Assembly: GCF_001194135.2 (NCBI RefSeq)
Contig: NC_068987.1
Span: 72,197,159-72,261,158, forward strand
Direction: 5' to 3'
DNA length: 64,000 bases
DNA from: Octopus bimaculoides
Taxonomy: Eukaryota
Part shown: in pieces, positions 40,462 through 52,451 of the stretch
Position numbering within the stretch: position 1 is the first letter of the stretch
Layout of the letters: the number at the start of each line of letters is the position of its first letter
Position numbers and translations under genes: made by a program
The notes under the pieces: generated by a model
The model's input: only the letters and a program-made list of their open reading frames with translations
Databases searched by the model: none
Told to the model about the DNA's origin: nothing

Positions 40462-40655
40462 AATATTTTACAAGTTTAAGAGTAAAGAGTATTCAATATT
40501 TTGTGAGTTTGTGAGCAAAGTGTATCCGATATCGTGTGTTGAGAACAACGTCTGTTGCATATTTCGTACGTTTTAGAGCAAAGAGTGCCAAATATCTTGT
40601 GCGTTTGAGAGCAAAAAGTGTGTTCAATATTTTGTGAAGTTGAGAGCAAAAATGG
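40462..40655. repeat. Minisatellite, six units of 31-36 bp
   Basis: Consensus about AATATTTTGTGAGTTTGAGAGCAAAGNGTNNNC; unit starts near 40462, 40495, 40528, 40559, 40591 and 40626. Confidence 0.8.
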
Positions 40656-40699
40656 GTCAGCAAAATGTACAACAGACAAACGTTGATCTTTCTCGCAGT

Positions 40700-41525
40700 A
40701 AATTCCGACAAGCCAACCATTTAAGTAAAACATATTTTAAAAATAAAATTCCAAAAGAATGCAAAATTAAACGAGACACGAGAAACACAATCGTAATAAA
40801 TAAGTAAAAAATACCGCAGTGATATCGAAATCTTGCTTCAATTCATATTTTAAAGCAAATCGTGTCTTCCATAGCATTAAACTGCTGACTGTTGTAGTCA
40901 GGGTGGCGCGTTGTCAGATGTAGCGTTGAGGAAGAGGTAATGGCTGCGTCTGGTTATCTTTCGGGCACCTAACTGCTCGTGCTTCACTATATTTACTTTT
41001 GTGCTAAACATTTTATCCATCTTTTATTCCTTTCTTGGCTTCAGTCTGATTCATTATCCTCTTTTGTTTTTTTTTAGCAATTTCTTTTATGCTTTCTCTT
41101 CCGTTATCAACTCATTCCTTCCCCTACTATTTTCTCCCTTACATGCTCCCATATTATATGTGGGAATTTTGTTATTTTTCGCTTGCATTCCAACAACAGT
41201 CCTCAATAAAAACTGCTGCTACACTTCCAGTTGGGTGTCATCAGCGATGACCCGGGTACATACGCCCGGCATTGGCCCCTAAATAATAGCTCACACACAC
41301 CACAACAAACATAGCCATTAACATCAACAACCTTACGTCACCCTGGAAGGAAGCAGAAGTGTACAAGGGAGAAAGAGAAAAAGGTGGAAAGGGAAGGAAA
41401 AGGTTTGTTTTGGTGGTGGTGTTGTTATTGTTACTACTGCTGTCGTCTCCACCTCTTCAACAAAAAAAAAATAATAAATAAACAAACTAAAACCAAAAAT
41501 TTGGTCAAAATAACACAAGAGTAAA
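40700..41525 (+). promoter_or_regulatory. Probable promoter / 5' UTR region of FAM91A1
   Basis: Non-repetitive and locally CpG-retaining (ggtggcgcg, ccgggtacatacgcccgg), with a TTACGTCA CRE-like site at 41333-41340, directly upstream of the ATG exon. The TSS cannot be placed from sequence. Confidence 0.5.
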
Positions 41526-41597
41526 ATGAGCAGCGACGTCGAGGATCATATTCGTCAGAATACACCATGGTCGAAACTACCAGGACTAGTAAAGCAG
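41526..41597 (+). CDS. FAM91A1: FAM91A1 first coding exon (72 nt)
   Basis: aaaATG MSSDVEDHIRQNTPWSKLPGLVKQ followed by CAG|gtaaga. Matches the recalled human N-terminus MNIDVEFHIRHNYPWNKLPANVRQ. The expected exon 2 (SLGNSQREY...) was not found in the window. Confidence 0.85.
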
Positions 41598-42109
41598 GTA
41601 AGAATAACTATAAATCATTTCTTTTTTTTCTACATGTCAGTTACGAAAAGGGACAACACAATCAATATATATTGACGCCTCCTCCTTGCCATCACACAAC
41701 CTATCCAATAATCTCCTTTGATGCTGTGTGCTACTGTTTGTCTGTATAGAATATGACTTCTCTCAAGAATTGTCACATTGTGATACATACACTGATTCTA
41801 TGTTTATACATAATGTAATTTATATTGTGCAGCACACACACGCATGCATTTTTATTTATATACATACGCTCTACATCGTGTATTAGCCGTTTTATTGAGA
41901 TATCTTCTCGACCTCCATTATATACATATATATAAATCCACACATATAAATTGGCAATGCACAGGAAAACAAGGGATTTGGTGTGCAGACAGGTGCCCAC
42001 CAGGAATCAGTTCTCAGCCTCCTCCTTTTTATTATAGTTCTCAGCCCATAACAGGTTGCTTAAGACTGGCTACTTGTTGCAATTTCTGCATACCTATAAT
42101 CCAAATATT

Positions 42110-42990
42110 ATATCAGATCCTATCAAGAAAAATTTGAAGATAGCCAAGACAAAAGCTGTAGTTAGCAGGAACAAAGACAGGACTCTACTGCCATCTGAGA
42201 GGTGGCCATGCTCAGTATGAGAGAAAAGAACTGGTAGGTAGGAACTCTGTAACTTGTGCTCAGTGTAAACTATGGGTGCACAAGGCATGCAGTAGGATTG
42301 CATGCAGGCTAACAGAAAAAGGACTTTGTATGTTGCAGATGCCTAAGTATAATGTACCAGTAGGAACATCTATAAAATAAATTCTTTCAGATGTGTAGAG
42401 GCCTCCCCGAGAATTGATGGCTCCTATTACCTAAGTGTCCAAAGTAGCAGCAGAGCAGGCCGTTCTGAAAACATAGTAGCCCAAGTAAAAACGGGTCGGG
42501 TAGCTATTACCCCTGCTGGTAACAAAGGGTCTTTTTCCTCTCTCCAAGTGAAGAGTATATTGTCTGATGTGTGTGTATGGAGTGTGATGTTGTGTGGTTA
42601 ATGAAACAGGAGCATCGAATGTGGAGGGTGGATGCATGGAGAGCTGGATAGAAATTATGTATGTTCTGCTGGGTGTGTAATGTTAGTGAATGAGAAGGTA
42701 CATATGATGAGTCTAAGAAGAATCAGGTATAGTGTGTTAGAGAAATGACAGCTGAAAGAGACATGTGATGTGTATGGAGGATGGCAGTTGGGGAAAGGAA
42801 GTGCCAAGGAATCCAAGTGGAAGGAACTTATGGAAGAGAAAAACTGGTGGTGAAGGCTAATCCCAGGAAGTTAAACCTCACAAAAGAGATAACAAAGGAC
42901 TGCAACAAGTGGCAACACACTGTTTTGGAGAACACCCAGTCGACTTTGGCAAGCATGGAAAAAAAGGGATCTAAAATGATGATAACTAGA
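42110..42990 (+). mobile_element. Heavily decayed RTE-like LINE with a Cys-rich insertion
   Basis: WPCSV...NSVTCAQCKLWVHKACS...DFVCCRC (PHD-like) across frameshifts, followed by RTE-like C-terminal remnants and an atgatgat tail. Confidence 0.55.
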
Positions 42991-43149
42991 TATGGCAAAA
43001 TATATACCTATACACACACATAGCACCACACACACACACACACACACACAACATTATATAACGTACATACACACGCACTCACACATATATATAAAAGAGT
43101 GTGTCAGGCCAGCATGGAAGGTGGATGTTAAAAGATGACGGTGATGATT

Positions 43150-43370
43150 TTATATATATAGATATAGTAAATCCCCGAAAAGGAGAATAAACACAAAAAA
43201 ACAATGCGAGAACACTGTATATGTAAAATATTAGCAGGCGCTCAGGGAAGGAAAGAAAGATGGTCTAACGTTTCGAGCAATGCTCTTCTTCAGAAACAGA
43301 GGAAAGTCCAAGAGAAAAGGAAGACAGAGGAAGAAAATTGCCAAAGACTCACATGTGGTTATGGCGATCC
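43150..43370 (-). mobile_element. Penelope-like terminal-repeat (pLTR) remnant
   Basis: Carries the hammerhead and aligns with 31490-31650 (+) over about 150 nt (ctctgtcttcc...ggacttt...cctgagcg...ctcgcattgttttttt). No RT or GIY-YIG ORF is seen, so the assignment rests on the known hammerhead-PLE association. Confidence 0.55.
43263..43297 (-). ncRNA. Minimal type I hammerhead ribozyme, intact core, in a Penelope-like terminal repeat
   Basis: Minus strand GUUU CUGAAGA A GAGC-auu-GCUC GAAAC GUU^AGAC. Has the CUGANGA and GAAA core, 4-bp stem II, palindromic ACGU stem III, a GUU cleavage triplet and a 4-bp stem I. Confidence 0.75.
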
Positions 43371-45882
43371 ATCATCAAACAATGGATCTCCATTGTTTGA
43401 CAAAGAGGATTCATCTGTTTGATGAACTGGATAACCTGCTACGAAATTAATACGTAGATGGATGAGAGTTCCATAAACACATGTACCCTTAATGTGATTT
43501 TCAGTTACATGATGTGTGACAATATTGTACCTTTTGAATTACAAATACAATCCACTCAACAGACTCCTATGCAGTTTCCTTCTATCCATTTTCGGTCACA
43601 AGGTATGAGTTGATCCAAGGCTATAGAAAATGACACTTGTCCAAAATGCTGTCTTGGGATTGAAACCAGGATCTTGATCATTTGGCTGTGCTGAACCTAT
43701 ATACATAATTAGCATTTTAAGCACTATAAAATGTATCCACTGAATTTAAGAGATCAATTATTGACCTATTATATTGTTAAACTTCAATATATTATCGTTC
43801 TCTAATTTTGGCACAAGCCCAGCAATTTTGAGATTAGTGGGCAAGTTGATTACATTGGCTCCAGTACCCAACTGGTACTTACTTTGTTGGCCCTGAAAGG
43901 ATGAAAAGCAAAATCAACCTCAGCAACATTTGAACTCTGAATGTAATGGACTGGAAGAATTGCCACTAAGCATATCGTCCAGTGCTGTAACAATTCCACC
44001 AGCTTGCCACCTTCACTTCAATATATTATTAAAATGCAATAATCATAAGTAGAATAGATTTGCATATGTGTAAATTGACTGTTCAGAGTAGCAAATCTAG
44101 AATAGCAAAAAAGTAAAGATTTGACAGATGTTTTAAAATTTTATGCTAAGTTCTACAGCTGTTTCAGTGATTAGAATACAAACGTCATCATCGATATCAT
44201 TATGCAATTAAGAGATTAAAAAATACATAATTGATTTAAATGTGATGGATAAACCATCAAATGACTGTAACAAGTAAAAAGAATAAAAGAATAAACCATT
44301 TCATCAGGAATTTCTCATAAAATGCAGGCATGGTTGAGAAGTTTGTCTCCCACCATGTAGTTTCAGGTTCAATCCCACTGTGTGACACCTTGGGCAAGTG
44401 TTTTCTACCATATATACATGAAGTGGGTGCTGTCCTAGTCTTCACATCACATGATCATTGTAAATGAACATCATTTATGTCCAATGGTCTGTGAAAAACA
44501 TATCAAGCCATGGTGCTCCAGCATAGTTGCAGTTCTACGACTTTAACCACAAAATGACTATATAAGAATGGGAAAATATTACCATGCTTGAAAACAGTTG
44601 AGGGTTGGTTACAGGAAGGGCACCCAACTGTAGAAAATCTGCCTCAACAAATTCCATTTGACCCATTAAGAGAAGACCCTTATTCTGGCCAGGATAGATA
44701 TAACCTCTCTGATTACTAGTGTCATGATAAAATGCACCCTGTACAATATGTAAAGTGGTTGGCATTAGAAAGAGTATCCAGCTATAGAAACCACAGCAAA
44801 AATAGAATGTCTGGGTGATAGATGTCTCTGATCCATTTACAAGTGCAGGAAATCTGTATAAAAAAAATTGACCCAGAGAGTGATATCCCATCTCATTCAT
44901 CCTCATCAACATGGAAAACAGATTGGCGATGAAGATGATATCGTCGTACTCTCCCTAGATATATACATGCGTGAGTGATATATATATATGTGTGTGTGTG
45001 TGACTTAATGTAGCTTGATGAGTGTGTGTGTGCTTGTGTTTTGATTTCCATCTATAACTACCAAGCTGTGCATATAGAGGTGAAATGAATTGTCATGATA
45101 TATTGGAAAACAAACTGCATGGATCATGAATATGAATGCAGTGCAGGCATTTAACTGTCTGTAATCCTGTTAAAACCTACATGCCCCATTTCACCTATTT
45201 ATAGAGGAAAATATCAGACCTTTGAGAAAGTATGAGATTGTCAGTGACCTATCCAGGGAGAAAATTGTTGCAACATTCTTTTAACGGAATCACTTGTTGT
45301 GGGGGTCCCTTTATTCACTGTATATGCAACTAATTGTAGCTTTGTGATATATATTTATATGTGTCCGCTTACTCAAGCTGTTGTGTCCGCTTACTCAGAC
45401 AGACACGTACTTATGTGTCTGTATGTACATTCATATCTGTATGTATGAATATATGAATGCATATGAATATGTGTACACACACACACACACACACACAAAT
45501 CAACAATTAAAGTTTGGTTTTATTTAAATTAAAATCGTTTCGAGAATAATGATAATAACAGTTATAAACTAACAACAATGATCTTCATGATTTCTCATAA
45601 ATTTGCCTTGCAGTTAATTATTGTGCAGGCCAAGGGTGAAATAAACTAGCCACTGTTGTCACGCAACTATTCCCATTTAACATCAACTCTATATTCTATT
45701 TGGGAACCCTTGTACAATTAGTGAGCTAATTAAAAATACCATAGCACACATTCATTCCGTGTGTGAGTGAGTGTAAGACAGACAGCAGGCTGAAGATAAC
45801 CGACCTCTATTTAGAAAATTCAGTAATACACCGTGAAGATATAAACATTACCTCATTTATTTGTCATTATATATGCCCAAAA

Positions 45883-45916
<34 letters not shown>

Positions 45917-45933
45917 ATAGGTATGTATGTGTG

Positions 45934-45969
<36 letters not shown>

Positions 45970-46909
45970 TGTATGTATATATTATATTATAGCGCGTTGT
46001 TGTACGTGTAACTTGTTTAAAAGCATCGATTCTAACATCCATCGGATTTCATCGTCATTGTAATATTGTGAAGCCACAAAAACATGCATGTAGATCTATA
46101 TAGACATGTGCATCTATTTTCCTGTCATGAACATATTTTGATACATACACACATTTGTATCAGTGTTTACGAAGGAATATTACAGATTCCATTCCCTTTT
46201 TTTTTTTTTCATTCGTGCTCTTCAAAACAGCATCCTCATCTCTTGAACATACGTACATACATACGGTTTTATGTGTTATGTATTGATGGTTTGGCGGCTT
46301 GGCAAAAAAACTAAATCATACACATACATTTACATACACGGCATACATGTGTAGGTGTAACTGTTTCTCCATTAATTACGAGTCTCTAATATAATAAATC
46401 TGTGAATGTGCATCACTACTCTCTTTCCACTTTTATTTTAGTCTTTCTCTTTAACTCTATTGAAATATCTCAGTTTCCCTCATCTTTCTTTCCTCTCTGT
46501 TTCTGCTACCTTTCTGTCCGTCTATTTACGTATCTCTTTGTATTTATCTGCCAGTACTTCTGTGGCCTCGAAAGGGTTTTAAAAGCCAGTAAGTGCTTAT
46601 ATCTAGTCCCAAGCCATTTTAACAGATGATAGATAGGATGTCAACCCCTTAGGTTAAGGTAACGTTCCCTACTGGTGTCACCTGGAAGCCAGGTGAACTG
46701 GAGGTAGAATTAGATGTTCTACCGAAGTACATCATGAAATTACCTCCTTTAGAATTGAATTCAAGAACTGTGAACTAGTTTTTATACATATATACACTTA
46801 TGTATTTTGTTTCTACACACACATTAATCAAATCTTTGAAAGTCTTGCTCCAGCATGATCGTAGCCCAGTGACTGAAACCTGCAAAAGAATAAAAAGAAC
46901 GTGTTCACA

Positions 46910-47225
46910 CACGCAATCACATGCACATATACACGTACGCAAGCCTACCTGTCTATATATCTAAATACCTGCCTACTTACCTGTCTGTATATCAACTTCT
47001 CTATGTATCTATCTATTGTTTTCCCTCACGCACACACACACACACATGTATGTATGTGCAGATAGATATACGCATACGAACATGCAGAAATACATTCACT
47101 CATATACATGCACACAAATCTACCTGTCCTTATATCTAACTACCTACTTACCTACCTGTCTGTCTATCTAACTCCCTATTGGTTTCCCCTCACATGTATA
47201 CACACATGTGTGAGTGTGTGTGTAT
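46910..47225. repeat. Old tandem duplication, about 170-bp unit, low complexity
   Basis: ctacctgtc...atatcta..tacct.cctacttacctgtctgt...ctattg.ttt.ccctcac occurs twice. Confidence 0.6.
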
Positions 47226-49210
47226 AAATATATATATATATATATATATATAAAAGCATGCACACCCACTCACATGCGCGCATATAAATACAGAGCGAGA
47301 GAGATATATATTTGTCTTCATATCTGTCTTAGCTTTATTCTCAACATAGCTACCTGTCTGTCTATTTCATTGTGTCATTTGTCTTTTTGTCTGAATAACT
47401 TCCTATTTAAACGAGTATGTATATCAATTTAATTAGGTGACTGGGGCTAAATTATGCTTGTTCGTATCTATCTCACATAGAATGATGCTTTCTTTTAACG
47501 GTTTCTACTGTTACAATCCACAATTACATGATTAAACACTAACTGATCAAGAAAATAATCAAACTGAATAATAGGAAAAATACACGAAATATAAAAAAAA
47601 AAAGCAAAACCAAAAATGCATCCATCTCGTGACTGATAGATGGTGAACGGGTTCTTGTTTCTAATACATAAACACATCAGCTGGCTGATGCTTTATTTGC
47701 ACCAGACTTCCGAGAATCTTTAAATCTTTAGTGAAAGAGTATGACTTCAGTTTAAAGAATTTAATTCTGTCGGAGAAGAATAAATAAACCAATAGGAAAA
47801 AGGAAGCTTAAACACCAGGTGTAAAAAGATTTGTTTAACTTATCGAACCATATACATACAATTTGGACTGGTTATTATCTATTACCATTAGCAGACTGGG
47901 GAGGAACGAAATGATAAAGTGAAGTGCCAATAAAAAAAATCAAAAATATCTCGGAGTATTTAGGTCCATACTTTTATATTTTGTGTTCAAATACTTTGAT
48001 TTTAGATATACATACATACCTCTCGCTATATATGTGTGTGTGTGTGGGGGTGGGTGGGGGTGTATTATTCTGGTGCTATGACTGAATTTTTTTCTTATCT
48101 TCTTGCATATGATATTATCTTAGATGTAAATAAAAATTGTTGCTATGCTCTTCTTGTGTAGCCTGGTTTTTAGAAAGACTACACTATGTTCCTGTATGTT
48201 GTGAGCAATACCTAAATGGGCTAGCATCAGGAAAGATATCTGGTCATTAAACATTATCATTAAAAAATCCTGTTCAACACATGCTAGCGTTGAAGGGCAG
48301 ATGTAAAAATTATAATTATGTTGATGATGACGACAACAATGAAAATAATGAAGGTATATCGAAACTAAAGCAATGGATATCAAAACTGGTTTGAGTGTTG
48401 GACAAATTGCTTATGGTATCTTTTATGGTGAAAGTACCTGGTCCAGTGGTCAGGATGTTTGGATCGTTATCATAAGGTCATGGGTTCAGTTCCTCAATCA
48501 GGCAGCATGTTGTGTCCTTGAGCAAGGTACTTCATTTCATGTTTTTCCAAGCCTACACAGCTGTAACAATTACCAGCCAGATGTTGGTGCAGCATTCTCT
48601 ACCTCCAGCTGTCACATTCTGGTTGTGACGCTGGGTCAGTGGTGACGGGATAGGGATAGAGGACGTCTGTGTTTGTTCGTGACTATATAGCTACCTAAAA
48701 CAGTTAGCAAAAGCATGATACCTACAGCCAACCCATACTAACTCATAAATGATGACTGGCTATATTGTACGGTATTGTAGTTTTGATATAATCTCATTAA
48801 GATTCTGTGTTCAAATCCTGTTCAGATCAAATTTGTCCCTTCAGTCTTCCAGGGTTGATAAAGTACCTGTGGTGTACTGAGGTAGACAGACGAAGGTCAA
48901 TTTAATTGATCTGATTCTACGCATCATCATCATTGTTTTAATGTCTATCTTTCCATAGTTGCATGGATCAGATAGAGGTTTACTGAGGCAAATTTTCTAC
49001 AGCTGGATGCTCTTCCTGTCTCCAACCCCCACCTGTTTCCAAGCAGTGTAATATTTCCTTGTGGTAGAATACTGGAAGTGAATGACGCTGCCTATACGTA
49101 TGACAGTGACACTTATTTACAGCTATCATATGATGTCAAGACAGGGAACACACACACACACATGCATGCACACATACATACATACATACATACATACATA
49201 CATACAAACG

Positions 49211-50325
49211 TCATCATGGTGTTATCTACCGATGAGACATGATGTTGTAGCTAGGACACTCTGTAATGAAATCCAGTGGAAGGATAACCCCAATGATAAA
49301 GAAATAAGAACCCACAGTATAGTAGAAGCCATAGCCACTCATAATAAAAAGGAGTACTGGTGGAATATACCAGTGAAGACCTCAATAAGATGTAAGCACA
49401 ACAGACCTAATATAATGATTTGGGATAGAGAAGAGAAACTGTGCACAGTTGTGGAAATTAGCTGTCCAGTGGATGTTAATGTAAAGCTGAAGATCAATGA
49501 AAAAGAGAATACCTATGCTGAACTATAGAGAAATCTGCAGTTACTCTATCCAGATTACAAGTTCAGGTTTATATCTGTAATTATTGGGGCCCTGGGATAT
49601 GTAACACACTGCCTAAATACCAACCTTTAGAAATTAGACTTCTCAAAACCAGAAAGGAGAAAGTTAATTCAAAGACTACAGATCCAATCCATCCCTGGAA
49701 CTGTAAAAATCTAAAACTTTCCAGAAGTTTGTCATTTAAATGAGCATGTCTAGATATGCAACTATATGCATGAGAACACATACATAAAGCAAAACATGCA
49801 AATCTGCCGTAAGATTTCGCTTCCTCACACGCCAGCTTAATTTAATTTGTCCTTAGTCGAAAGATACCTGCTGTTATTGTCCTGTTATTTGCATTTGTAT
49901 TTGTGTACCATTTCTCTGGGGTTTTTTTCCATCCTTGTTTCGTATACATTCGCTGCTTTTTTCCAAGGAATCTAGTACTCTTACCTTAGTTTTTCCTTGG
50001 GGCTGGCCAGATTGGAGCAATCTTGAGTATAACCAGCTGAAATTGCAAAGATAATATGGAACTCGACTGAGGAAAGAAAAGTCCGAATGACCCATCTTTG
50101 TTTTTTCTTGTCTCTTTTTTGTATCATCTGTCTGGATGTTTTGCGTTCTTGTCCCATTTTTTGTATTCCTTTTTATATATATGCACACATACGTGTGTAC
50201 ATACAAACAGGAATACCCCATTGTTGATGTTGAAATTCCAATGAAGGAGCCTAGGTTAGAAACTGGCTCTTTCTCTATTGGTAAGAAATCTTGAAATAAA
50301 ACTGAACAATCACATACATACATAC
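49211..50325 (+). mobile_element. 5'-truncated R4/Dong-like (restriction-like endonuclease) non-LTR retrotransposon, with an insertion in its 3' UTR
   Basis: RHDVVARTL...EYWWNIPVKT...KHNRPNIMIWDREEKLCTVVEISCPVDVNVKLKINEKENTY...VIIGALG matches the REL domain (catalytic PD changed to PN). Flanked by (CATA)n. About 360 bp of unrelated repeat sits at 49808-50170. Confidence 0.8.
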
Positions 50326-50690
50326 AATCTTGAGAAATTAGGCTTCTCAAAACCAGAAAGGATAAAGCTAATTCAAAGACTACAGATCCAATCCATCACT
50401 TGAACTGTAAAATTCTGTAAAACTTTTCAGAAGTTTATTATTTAATCATATATGAGCATGTCTAGATATGCAACTATATACATGAGAATACATACATTAA
50501 ACAAAACATACAAATCTGCACATATACGTGCATGCATACATACATACATACAAACAGAAATACCCTGTTGTTGTTGTTGAAATTCCAATGAAGGAGTCTT
50601 GGATCTAGGTTAGAAACTGGCTTTTTCTCTGTTGGCAAGAAAATCTTGAAATAAAACTGAATAATGACATACATACATCATACATATAAG
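50326..50690 (+). mobile_element. Second tandem 3' end of the same R4/Dong-like LINE
   Basis: Repeats 49620-49805 plus 50190-50325 (gagaaattaggcttctcaaaaccagaaagg...aaataaaactgaataatgacatacatacat) without the insertion. Confidence 0.75.
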
Positions 50691-50765
50691 TAAGCACATA
50701 AATGTGAAACAAGGTGGAAAAATATAGTACTCAAATACTGGAGGTAGAGTAATATGCTTTTTTTC

Positions 50766-50874
50766 ATTATTAAAGCTGCAAGAACATCACAAAAAGTTGC
50801 TAAATTCCCCAACGAATGGGAACATGAAACTCTGAGTAGCAGTTTTTTTGTAATGTTTTTGCAGCTTTAATAAT
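50766..50874. repeat. Inverted repeat with about 37-bp arms
   Basis: ATTATTAAAGCTGCAAGAACATCACAAAAAGTTGCTA and TAGCAGTTTTTTTGTAATGTTTTTGCAGCTTTAATAAT. Confidence 0.85.
50809..50842 (+). ncRNA. Degenerate hammerhead of a second family, inside an inverted repeat
   Basis: CCAACGA AUG-ggaa-CAU GAAA CUC-u-GAG UA^GCAG. Stem II, near-palindromic stem III and a GUA triplet are intact; the core is altered from C(U/C)GACGA. Confidence 0.5.
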
Positions 50875-52307
50875 AATAAAAATACATACATGTGTATATG
50901 TGTATATATATCTATATGTCATCATCATTTAATGTCCATCTTCCATGCTAGCATGGGTGGGACAGTACCACAAAAGCCGGCCAGGCTGAAGCCTGCACTG
51001 GAATTCTGTGACTGTTTTGGCAGGTTTTTTACAGCTGGATGCCCTTCCTAACACCAACCATTCAGCAGAGTGGACTTAGTGCTTTTTATGTGGCACAAGC
51101 ACAAGTGAGGTGAGTAGTGCTTTTTATGTGGTGCAAGCACAGGCAAGGTCAGTTTTGGCAATGTTTTTACGGCTGGATGCCCTACCAAACACCAACCACT
51201 TTACAATGTGGACTGGGTGCTTTTAAGTGGCACCTGCACTGACAGGGTCACCAAGTACTTGCAAGACAAAAACTTTTAATATAATATAATAGATATGTTT
51301 TGCAAACCACTTGCACATACAAGTGCTACCAGTCGAGAACTTTGCATACCAGAAGCCAGCAAGTGTATGGGGTCATCAGGAGAGAATGCATGGTTGTTTT
51401 TGCACACAGGCCATCTCCTGCAACCCTCTCCAGCTGAGTATCCTTAATCTTGTGAGCTCATAGGCACTGGTGCCACATAAAAAGCACCCATGCTGGTGCT
51501 GCATAAAAGAACCCAGTATACATAATATATATGCATATATATTCTTTTACTCACTTCAACCATGCAGCTGCGGTCATGCTGGATCACCACCATTATACAA
51601 TATAACCAAATATATATATATATAAGGATAAACATAAGTTTATATTATAATTCCTGTGTGTGTTTCAGTATTATGGTTGTCTGGAGCCCAACACTAGGTG
51701 TTCTAAGTGCTTTTAGATACTTAACCACAACAGATTATCAGGGAACACTTTATTACGTTAAGCAGAAAGTATAATATAAACTTGAGTATATCTTTATTTT
51801 TCCTACGTTTGTTCTGTAGCTCGTAACTAGTAATACCACCCAGTATAGAGGTTACTTAATGACTATACAGGAAGCAGATGGATTATGATAATCTACGTGA
51901 AGCTCTAAACATATCAGTAGCAGTTTTACATCTGGTTGTACACACAATTTCTACTATATATCATCATCATCGTTATCATCATCACCATTTAACGTCTGTT
52001 TTCCATGCTGGCATGGGTTTGACAGTTTGACAGGAGCTGACCAACTGAAGGGCTGTTCAGGTTCCATGTCTATTTTGCCATGGCTTCTATGGCTGGATGC
52101 CCTTCCTAATGCCAACCACTTTACAGAGTGTACTGGGCGCTTTTATGTAGCACTAGCATGGGTGCTTGTTATGTGGTACCAGCACCTATGAGCTCACAAG
52201 ATTAAGGATGCTCAGCTGGAGAGGGTTACAGGGGATGAGCCTATATGCAAGGGCAACCACACTTTTACATAGCTACATATATGTATATTTTTATATAGAT
52301 AGATATA

Positions 52308-52451
52308 CAGTCATGGCCAAAAGTTTGAAACATAGGTTTGAAAATTATTAGGTAAGTATATATCTATGTTGTATATATTTGAAATGAATTGTACTTGGGC
52401 ATAACAATTTTAATTTAAAAAAAAAATCTTCCAAACTTTTGGCTATGACTG
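52308..52451. mobile_element. Tc1-type MITE (144 bp)
   Basis: TIRs CAGTCATGGCCAAAAGTTTG and CAAACTTTTGGCTATGACTG (19/20 match). TA on the left, TT on the right. Confidence 0.8.

Noticed and set aside
40462-40655. CRISPR-like appearance of the repeat/variable-core array
   Set aside because: Eukaryotic context, variable parts only about 8 nt, degenerate repeats and no cas genes. It is a minisatellite.
45360-45397. 16-bp direct repeat TGTGTCCGCTTACTCA, two copies
   Set aside because: Only two copies at a 22-nt period, consistent with an ordinary local duplication.
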